From Zygophlyctis sp. KS116 (Eukaryota > Fungi > Chytridiomycota): DNA of 32,000 nt. The position numbers were made by a program, and so were the translations under genes. This document shows positions 22,801-32,000 of this stretch, in pieces (position 1 is the stretch's first letter; each line of letters begins with the position of its first letter). The DNA is taken from assembly GCA_054661495.1 (NCBI GenBank), contig BAAFSQ010000089.1, forward strand, positions 4,306 through 36,305. The letters run 5' to 3'. Below the pieces are notes generated by a model, which did not search any database, had not been told where the DNA came from, and saw nothing but the letters and a program-made list of their open reading frames with translations.

Positions 22801-25289
22801 TGCTCCCGAGTTAAGTTGTCAGGTTTTTCATACAGTCTAGCAATTGCTAAATTTCCTCGATTTGATGGAGTTTTTCCCCCCCTTTGTTCTGCTGCCCACT
22901 GCAATTTCTCATTTGCGATTTGTTCTGTAAAATATGATACAGCTTGGTTTCTAGAAATAGTAAATGGATTTCCATGTTTCCATATAATTTCAGGCTGAAA
23001 GGCAGCAGGATACCATACTCCATCATCACGGCTAGAGATTATTTCGACATCATAAGATCCGAAATCTTTTGGGAATCGATGGCAATAAAGTAACAGAGGT
23101 GTATGAATACTTTCTTTTTTCTCTCTAAAATCGTAGGGACCATCATAAAATTCATGAAAATTCATCAATTGAGATAAGTCTGAATTTGCACCTTTCGATA
23201 GAAAAATTGCCCTCTGCGCTTCGTAACATTCACTCCAAATATCTCTCAGCAACTGAGGCATATAGCAAAAGAACAATGCTCGTTTTGCGTGGTCATCAGG
23301 TTTTGGTAGCGACTGTTTTAAGTACGGTGGCGCCCTTTTGATTTTGGCGTGATTCACCCAAGCTGCTCTAATCTGATCTGCAATACGGTTGCATTGATTA
23401 TCATATCTTTTCCAGTCCGGATTTGGAAAGTAATATTCATTGTAATCACACCAAATATTTCTTTTATGGCTGTCTCTCGCTGATGTAGCAGCCACCAAGT
23501 TTTCTTGTAGCAATGCGATCTGTTGTCGAATAGAATCGCATTCTTTTTTCTTTTTCTTGATGGCTGCCCATCTATTATCAATTCGAGATTCTGCATATGC
23601 TCTTTCTTGAGACAATAATTGGTCATATTGAGAGCGATGATCAGTGTCATTAACGAATTTATCAGCAAAATCAAACGTCCCAGTCACTTCCTCTGGACGT
23701 CCTGAAAAGACAATGGCTCCACTGACCTGGCGTCTTCTTTCCAGGTAATTGCTAATAAGATCTACGCAATCCCAAGCATTCTTATTTCTTAATACCAAAT
23801 GCTCCAAATCCCGAAAATCCAGCGCTGGGGCGTAATTTGATAGTGTTTTGTACGTTTGAACACCAAGCTCAAACAAGATACAGAACTTTAGCCATTTCAT
23901 TAACGCCTATATTTAAGAAAAAGAATAATTACAATATGGGATTTCAGTTCCACGTTCAAGAACGAATTTTGTTTTGAAGAAAAAGCTGCGATTTTCTCGC
24001 AGAGACTTTCCACCACCGATATCAAGGCTGCCGAATCACATTCAATATGAGTATTTGAGTCCTCTTTCAAGTAAGCGCGGGCCAGACCGAACAAAAATTT
24101 CTCCACCTGAACATGTACTATGGAAAAAAAATACGGTTCTAAAGCACTGATGCGATCATCATTCAGAAGATTGCGGCAATCCTATTCAGTTACTATAATA
24201 AGAGTTTACATTCAAAGTCTTTAAATCATAAAATGGGATCCAATTCAAGTTAATTTTACTTTTTGTGAGTAAAGCTCGCTCATTTCCCTCTTCATTCAGA
24301 TCAGATACTGGAATTTTTTCCACTATAATTTTGGGGCTCGGCAATAACTCCATATCGTTTAAATTTGGGATATATGTCTGATACTGTTCAGAATTTGAAG
24401 CCTTTTCACTTTCCAACCCAACTTCCAAGATTTTTCTAATTTCAACAAATTTGGCTGAAAAAGAATCTGTATCAGGCCAAAAGCGGGAATCAGCCAAAAG
24501 CACACCGTATTTAGAGGCATCTGATAAATGCATCATTGCTTGATCTGCATAATCAGAAATGGGGGACTTATTCGCCACCTCCAAAGCCAACTGAAGGTGA
24601 TATTCAGTGCAAAAACGAACAAAGCATCCTTCCGCATTCGTTACACGTGGAACCATTCCTAATTTCAAAACCGTTTTAATCAATGAGAAAGTAAGTGGCT
24701 CTTTTGTCTCTCTTTTAGTGCATCCCGTATGCATCGAAACATCAGTAAATCCACTATTTTGGGGGTGGATTTGGAGCTCTTTGACACTTTTAAGGCCATT
24801 TAACACATCTACACATTTCGAATAAAGAAATCCCGGTGTTTTTTGATGCCCGCCATCCAAGTTACTGGAATGTCTATCATTCCCTTTCTTTCCGGCCACT
24901 TTACTTAACTCTTGATTTACCAAATTTAGAAAATCATTCACTTTATCCATTGAAATAATTCCTGCGTACAAAAATGCAGGATCATCTCCTGCCAAAGCAG
25001 TATGTTCACCAGAGTTTACTGTGAAGGTCCAACCATCCAAGCCCACCAGATAGATGAGCCCATTCACAGGATCGAATGTCCGTGGCTTCAAAAGGATACA
25101 AGCACCATATTCTTCTTTCCAATCAATTACCATGAGTTTGTCAAAATGAATCATATCATCAGATCCTTTCAAAATCAAAAGAGTTTCAGACAATGCACGC
25201 TGGTACTCTAACATTTTACAATCCAATTCTTCGTTTTCTTTGAGATCATTTACTTTCTTTTCCATAAAGGTCACTATCGCTTGATCCAT
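16803..25289 (-). pseudogene. Giant DUF3638/DUF3645 P-loop (SF2 helicase-like) gene, ~2810 codons, interrupted by one in-frame TAA; pseudogene status uncertain
   Basis: Four track ORFs join via introns 24182-24209 and 23907-23932 plus an in-frame TAA at 21675-21677. Motifs: PEWLAFEVDQGIQIRPEQ and QLNMGLGKTRVILP (DUF3638), DEADE, MAIPFRAANLPVLRSEFAQPD (DUF3645), GFSGT, RGADMKL, QAAGRLR. Start taken at MDQAIVTF (25289). Confidence 0.75.
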
Positions 25290-25564
25290 CTTCCAACTTC
25301 TTTTTTTGGCAGGCCCTTGCGTCAATGATCACTCTCTCAACCACACAATACGCTGATCTCTGATGGTCTGTACTATTAATTGCATAATAAATTTATACTG
25401 AGGACAATCTAGGACAAACGATACTGGGGATGAGGACAATAAACATGATCTTTCGGCAAAATTTACGCTGATTTTGATCAGACAAGAACCTGCACAGTCA
25501 AAAGTGTATTTTATACAATACTTATGTAATCGTTATTATACGATTGAAATATTAAGACCGTCCA

Positions 25565-28500
25565 TCAGACTAAACCTGCGCTAAATATATACACAGCATC
25601 TCCTCTTTGTAAAAGGGTTTTTTGATCCGGATTAAGTGATAGATAGTATACCCCAACATCACTTCCCTGATCATCTCTTCTATATAAACCAATGCATAAA
25701 TTTCCTTTTAACATCATTTTCATAAAGAAGTCCAAGTAGGTTCGGCCGACCATATCTTGTGGAATCATTTTTTGAGAAATAAATCCATGATTCTTTGAGA
25801 GCTGATCCTTATCATGCAACGATTGGTTTTTATGAATAAGAACCATTCCCTACCAGTTAAAACTTGGTTATCGTACCCGTAAAATTTCCATTAGTTCATT
25901 ATTGTAGTAAATCTGACATAGTAATGACTGAAATATTGAATTTGAGAAAACCTGGCCAGAAACAAAAGCAGGTATTAAAAGTTGGGCTTCAAATTAGCAA
26001 AATATTATGTACCTTGCAGATCTGAAAAATATTGAGTGTCTCCCTTGCCAATATATTTCATGTTTTCAACAAAAATAAATTCGACAATTATCGAGATTTT
26101 TCTTGATTCTGGGCGAGCAGCACATATTGACTGAATATTCAGGACAGAAACTAGAGCAGGTGAGTCCACGGCGCGGTCACTGCAATCATAAATATTCAAA
26201 AAGTACCTTCTATCTTCATTTCTAGCGAAAACAATTGCCTTTAAAGCAGTTTCTATAAACACTTTTGATAAATCATGAGCTATTATTAAAAGTGAATATT
26301 TGTACTTGATAAAGCAGAACCTTTAATGAAAAACAGTTTCTTAAACATTTCCAAGCGTTTCCATCTATGAGGATCTGGCTGAGAAGGACAAAGGATAACA
26401 ACGGGTGTATCTGGGTCTCTTGTTCGAAACGTTGCCTTTTATAAGACTAGAAAAATCTTACCATAAAAGAAGAAATTCCTTCAGGAAAGGAAGAATCCGA
26501 AAAACACAAAACTACGTGATCGTGAAACTCCTCAACTTTGACTTTTCCTTTCTTAACCTTTTGATCCATCTCAAGATCCTCCAATCCTCCAGTTTGAGCT
26601 ATTAGTTCACTATTATCAGAGGGGTTAATTGGAATGATATCTTCCTGGCTACCTTGCTCTACAAAGCTTGAAAGTGATGTTTTTTTCTCTTCAAAGGGTG
26701 ATGGAGGGAGCTCCAAATCCATTTCACTGTCAGTTTGAGGTCCAAACATTGCTATTTCACTAGCTAGTCTTGCATTTGTGGTAATAAAATAACCCATTTC
26801 ACCCTTTTAATCAATTATTGTGATATATACCCCCTTGAAGACATAACCATGTGGATTCAAGCACAATTTTCGAGATCCAAATGGATTCAGTTTTACAGCA
26901 AATAAAACAGCATTGTATTTTCTGAAAATGTACGACGATGCTAAAGAAAATTCGTATCCTTGGTAAGCATGGGATAGAGGCATCTTCAATTAGAAATCTT
27001 CATAAAACTTCTTACCGCATAAATTTCCATTTTAGATCCTTGTAGATATTCTTTCGCCCACTTTGAATCTCGAAATACCTTGGTTTCGCTGATCCTGCGC
27101 ACAGTAGAATCGGATATTGAAGTAGTTAGCAAATAAATCAATGTCGAAAACCCAGGACAGATAATACTCTGAGCCATAATGGACATTTTAAATTCGCTTA
27201 AACATACAACTTCCTTTGCAACGTTGAGGAGATGTAATCTGCTATCAGGTTTATGAGTTTCCGCATATATGTCCAAGTCCCTTTTATATTTACGAAGTGC
27301 CTATATTATCAGTTCCTTCAAAATTACCAATGCTTGAGTAACCGTCACTGAGTCACGCATGTCAATTGTGTATGACGAATTATTATTTCTTAGAATAAAA
27401 CATGCTATAGCAGATTCAATTTTAGCTTTTGCCATTGAAGGAAATGCCAATGTATTCCCTTTGATATAAGACACACGACTCTTATAGAAAGGGCTCTCCA
27501 AAAGAGCTTGAACCTGCTCATTTGGATCAAAATTACTAAGTAATGCGACTCTAGTTTGCATAGTAATAGGCCCATGATCCTTAAAATTAGAATTTCAAGA
27601 CTTTTACTTTGCAATAGAATTCCTGTAAAAATGCTCTCAGAATTACTGCTTCGAAATCGCCAATAAGAACAATGTGCCCAAACCCCTTGGCTAAATTAAA
27701 TGGAGCAAGATAAGCAGACTGATTCCTAAATAATGTGATTAAATCTGTAAGACTTTTTGGAATAAAAATAGCACCAATCACAACCACCTATTATTGTTAG
27801 TTTAATAGTTTTACACCAATCGTAATGATTCTACTAAATATATTATCTGGCACAATTTGAGTTGATAAACCCGAAGTTGCAGTAACTGTTATAGTATAAA
27901 AGACATCAAAAAATGTCAAATCATAATAATGCTGAACTCTATATAGACAAATATGAACCCATGCTGTTACAGTAGACAAAGTAGAAAAAATAGATACTGC
28001 AAGCTGTAATGCTTTTCTAGCAACTCTACCTAATACAATTATTGCATTTGAATCTGGCTGAAGAACTTTCATTATAGAGTAATGCAAACGCCAAAACCGA
28101 AGAGGATATACAAACCCAGTATCTCCAGCAGACATTAAAGTATTAAGCATCGGATCATTAGGACCTCTTATTATCCATATGTATATTGGTGGTAGACTTG
28201 ACCATAATGACAAATGAGAATAAAATTCGAAAATCAACTTATGCCAAGGATCAAACGCTAGATAAATTGAGGGAAGCCAATTGATCAGCAATAAAAAAGA
28301 AAGAGTCGCATCTAAATGCAGGTATATATTTGGGGCTGGAGGAGGATGATTTTCCTGATTCCGCTCTCCAATAGAGAAATAAGTCAAGTGGATATATGAC
28401 CAAACAAAGCATAGATTAATGAATACATCCATCAAGTCCCACCATCTCCCCAATGCTGATCTATCCAAGTAAAATCTAATACGTTCTCTATATGACCCCC

Positions 28501-28816
28501 GGCCCAACAATCCCTGTTGTTTTACGTGTATAGTAGTAGTAGTTGAATTGCGCCCTCCAAGTATATCACCTTTAAAATCATCTTCATTTTCAGGAATCAA
28601 TAGTCTCTTTTCAGGATTAGATTTACTACTTCCATTCTGAAAGCGGTACCAGTTCCTCATTGCGTCCATCTTTGAAGTTTCGCGTTTATCTCGGAAGTAA
28701 TTTGTGACTAAATCTCCAACTGGTCTTTGACTTAGTAACTTTGGACTGAAACAGAATTTTAATGCCAATGCAGCGCTCAACAATATCTGATCTAATGCTA
28801 AAAATTACACTAGCAT
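25565..28816 (-). CDS. BK/Slo-family (KCNMA1/KCNT-like) 6TM channel with two RCK domains, ~12 exons
   Basis: TM segments, S4-like PLRFWRL, HIVLIG, YIKGNTL...AKIESA.ACFIL, VVCLSEFKMSIMAQSIICPGFSTLIYLL, WAKEYLQG..MEIY, PAFVSGQVFS, LCIGLYR...LNP....L..GD.VY. Introns 28787-28810 (tentative), 27788-27814, 27580-27607, 27301-27327, 26984-27015, 26804-26830, 26436-26461, 26280-26305, 26180-26206, 25987-26012, 25850-25876. Confidence 0.88.
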
Positions 28817-28874
28817 TGATACCAATACTAGTGTCCGTTCAGTGCCAATGCGCAGCCCTAGAGTTAAAAAAATC

Positions 28875-30406
28875 ATGAAACGGCAAATGATCAAAACATT
28901 ATGCAACTCCAAGAGATTCATGTCTCTCGATGCCTCTACATCACCCTTGGATAATGCATTCGCTGCGGCATCAGAATATTTTAGTAAAGAGAAGCAGGTT
29001 CTTATTGATCAGTTAAAGACCGAAACAGGTAATAACCTTGGTATTGATTATAGATCCAGTCAAGAAATCATCGATTCAAATAAAACTCGGATTATCAGAT
29101 CCAGAAAAGCATGCTTCTTTTATAAAATCTAAAGGTAGAATTGTGAATTTTTAAATCTTTAGTTGATCTCAAAGACCCAATATTCGCAGAAATGCATAAA
29201 AATAGATTCAAGACAGATATTGCTCCAAAGCTTATTAAAGCCAGTCATCACTTTAATATTGTTGGCGATGTTTTTCCAGAAGTGATTCATCCAAACATTA
29301 ATTTGGAACTTAATTTTAAAAATACCAATTGGCTAGGTGCTCATGGACATCCAGTTCCTCCAAATTGGGCTTTATACTCTCCTAGATTTGCCATTTCTAC
29401 AAATGAAAATCGTTTGCGTTACTTTACGCTATTAATGATGGATATAGGTACTAAAAGAATTATAAAGACTTTTAGATCATCCTAATGAAAAAAAGCAATG
29501 CTATGAAGAGTGGTGTCATTGGTTAGTGTAAGAATTTTGTAATTTTACTTTTAGAGCAAATATACCGGTTGATTATCGTCTGGAAGTTGCAGGAGGATCT
29601 TCACCATTTTTAGCACCTGGAAAAGGAAATCCAGAAGCAGGCGCTCATTATACTCCTGAGACTCCTAAAAACCCTCCAGTAATTCCAGGAGAAACTTTAC
29701 TGGATTATATTCCACCTCATCCTCCCCTCTCAAACCCAAGAAAAGTTCACAGATACTTGTTTACTCTTTTAGAATCCAAAACTCCTGGAGAAAAAATTGA
29801 TGTCAGTGGAATTAAATCTCTTTTAAATGTTTCTGAAGATGATTCTCCCAGAAAAGAATTGTTAAGTAACGCTAGGTATTTTTTTAATCGATAAAATCTA
29901 TTAGATCTTGTCTAGGAACTACATATAAATTTATAAATGATTTTGGATTACAAGTCCAAGGTTATGGTCTTATAACTAGTATTTGGAACTTGTACACTAG
30001 TGATATTTTTACTCGTTTAAGTAATTTTTTTGATTTATTAATGATAGATATACATGAACCTGTATACGGAACAGTATCAGGCCATAAAAACCAGTATGAA
30101 ATATTAAAATCTCTCAATACTGCCCGAGAAATTGCTACTCAAATCTCTACTCCACTTTCTGAACTTTCTTCTCAGGAATTGATTGACCTAAATAATGCAT
30201 CAAGATCTTCCGACTTCAGTCCTATGCTTATGACAAAGGAAAGACTAGAGTTGGAATCAATGATTTCTAAAACTGAAAAGACCAAGAAGAAAAAGATGCA
30301 TAGACTTACAGTAACAGGAGCAACTGGATTAGTTCGTTCCAGAGAAAATATCCAAGATAAGGGACGTTTCAAAAACAATCAACCCAAAATTGTTAAAGAT
30401 AAATAA
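28875..30406 (+). CDS. MRPL35: Mitochondrial large-subunit ribosomal protein mL38 (PEBP domain), 7 exons
   Basis: Presequence-like N-terminus; VDLKDPIF; IVGDVFP; FTLLMMDIDHP; CHWLVANIP; DYIPPHPP...HRYLFTL. Introns 29029-29053, 29135-29162, 29448-29475, 29528-29554, 29876-29904, 30021-30047. The start could instead be 28848 or 28887. Confidence 0.8.
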
Positions 30407-30507
30407 AATGACAATTAAGCGGTAATATGAGTTAAAACGCTCATGTTGCAAAGTGTTTGTCCCAGCCCTCGGCGTGCGTCATCGCAGAGAAAATTGCTGA
30501 CGTTTTA

Positions 30508-31545
30508 ATGTCAATTGGATCTTTTGATTTCTATTGCTCTTCTGCGTTTTTACCCATATGTCCGCTTGTTGAGAATTCAGTTGTACCAGTCTGCTATTCT
30601 CGGAATGTTGAAATTGGCAATTTGTTGATATTTGAACCAGGTAAGCCGTCATTTCTAACAGTAGCAACTCTTATCGTTTACTTAATTGTAATTATCATGG
30701 CATTGATTATGATATTCAATGTGAAATCTAAATACACTGCCGTTGGTAAGTCCTCGCCCTTAATCATAAGGCCGTCTGGAAATTATGTGGTTCCTTCAGC
30801 TTTATACTTTAACTACAATTCTGGAATTCTTGGTAGTCTCTGGAATTATTCAAACAGCTACAGATGTATATCCTGTAATTTCTAAAAAAATAATTTACTA
30901 GTGGTTTGTTGCTGCGCATACTGCAGCCTTAATGGCTACTTTTTGGTCTCTTTTATTTAATGGATTCGTTGGATTCCAATGGATCGAAGATGGGACACCT
31001 GCTTCACTATGGGTAAAAATTGCTATATTAAATCTAGTCTCTAAGAATATCGTCATTGGTAGTCTTTGGAGCTGTATATCTTGTGTCTTTTGGGACATTT
31101 AAAGATAAATTTGGTCTATCTCATACTCAGCCATTAGCATTATGGATCATTTATTACATTTTTTCATTGGTTTGTGTTCTTTTCTTTGTAGTTATGCAAC
31201 TTGTACTGATTTTAAATACTTTTGAAGATAGGTGGCCTATTGGTAAATACTTGAAAAACTTATTATTTAGTGGATTTAGCTATAGGACTTGTAATATTTT
31301 CTCTTGGTCAAGTTAATGAATATGTACTTTCGAAAAGTATATGTGATGTAACAAAACATTATATTGATGGATTGTTTTTTGGAACTATATGTTCTCTAAT
31401 ATCAGTCATGATTGTCTACAAGTATTGGAATTCTATTACAAGGGATGATTTAGAGTTTTCTATCGGAGGAAAACTAAATGCATGGGAAATTAGAGATCCT
31501 CTACTTACTACAGAAGCAATGACAGTCAAGCATCCTCAGAAATAG
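30508..31545 (+). CDS. CHS7: Chitin synthase export chaperone Chs7, 6 exons
   Basis: FDFYC...LPICPLV...CYSRNVEI, KSKYTAVGR, NGFVGFQWIEDGT..SLW, EDRWP, HYIDGLFF, VYKYWNSITRDDLEFS. Introns 30641-30664, 30746-30770, 30875-30901, 31013-31037, 31243-31270. Confidence 0.95.
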
Positions 31546-31648
31546 TTATTCGCATTAATTTTGTGCATTTATCTTTTCAAGGTTTCAATAATAGCCAATA
31601 AAGCAACTCTCTTTTTTGAATTGGTGAACAAACTCTTATTTTACCAAT

Positions 31649-32000
31649 TATCAGACGACGGGCATTCCATCTGATCTGCTAAGTGCGCTCGTATGAAGCG
31701 ACTCCTGACATCTCCCAAAACAATCTACACCGGAAGTTCCTGTGAATGGACTAAATCAAAATGCTAAAATCATGATCATAATTTTGGACTCTCAGTTTAC
31801 AATAACAGCAACTTTTTGCAGAGAAGATGATTTATTAAATTACCATCTACTTCTATGAAATCATTAAGCTCTTTAAGCTCATCTAGCCTTACAGAAATTC
31901 AGATTATGCTTAACTATTTTTAAAAAATACCTTCGCTGGATATTTGCTGAATGAAGAAAATATATGATTGTTAAAATGCGAGTGAGTACCATTCTATTCT
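31649..32000 (-). other. Possible multi-exon coding fragment at the window edge, unresolved
   Basis: Short open stretches (e.g. LDELKELNDFIEVD) are flanked by GT..AG AT-rich segments, but I could not build a consistent model or recognise a family. Confidence 0.25.

Noticed and set aside
16739-25564. Transposon boundaries around the giant gene
   Set aside because: No terminal inverted repeats, target-site duplication, transposase or recombinase motifs were found by eye.
29109-29134. GC-AG intron in mL38
   Set aside because: Canonical introns 29029-29053 and 29135-29162 give a consistent frame without it.
2965-31098. Numerous short antisense or alternative-frame ORFs (e.g. 2965-3258, 3396-3755, 4021-5068 minus-strand set, 6488-6823, 8005-8265, 12185-12559, 18353-18601, 22753-22998)
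   Set aside because: They are shadows of real genes, with no recognisable motifs.
1-32000. Alternative genetic code (TAA/TAG = Gln, as in some aphelids and ciliates) explaining the fragmented ORFs
   Set aside because: Conserved genes (RPL43, RPB8, PIN1) end at TAA in the expected place, and most breaks involve frame changes that GT-AG intron removal fixes exactly.
1-32000. Widespread pseudogenisation or frameshift sequencing errors
   Set aside because: The breaks coincide with AT-rich GT...AG segments of uniform length, and the spliced products are full length.

Overview
Eukaryotic, AT-rich and extremely compact DNA. It is most likely from a zoosporic fungus (chytrid-like): it has fungal CHS7, the flagellar gene CCDC146/MBO2 and a BK/Slo-type channel. 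The window holds 15 protein-coding genes plus a possible fragment at the right edge. The ORF track is fragmented because the genes carry about 66 ultra-short GT-AG introns (24-36 nt, hand-annotated), and most intergenic gaps are only 3-141 bp. Genes in order: DES1 sphingolipid desaturase, trimethyllysine dioxygenase, RPL43, a large coiled-coil protein, RPB8, two tandem nucleotide-sugar transporters, CCDC146, an NTF2/SnoaL-like protein with a Jupiter/SPR1-like tail, PIN1, a MYPT-like ankyrin protein, a ~2810-codon intron-poor DUF3638/DUF3645 gene with SF2-helicase-like motifs and one in-frame TAA, a BK-like channel with a non-canonical pore (TSGLST), mitochondrial mL38 and CHS7. No rRNA, tRNA, CRISPR array or transposase was recognised. 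All family calls come from recalled motifs and all splice sites were inferred by eye; no database search was run.
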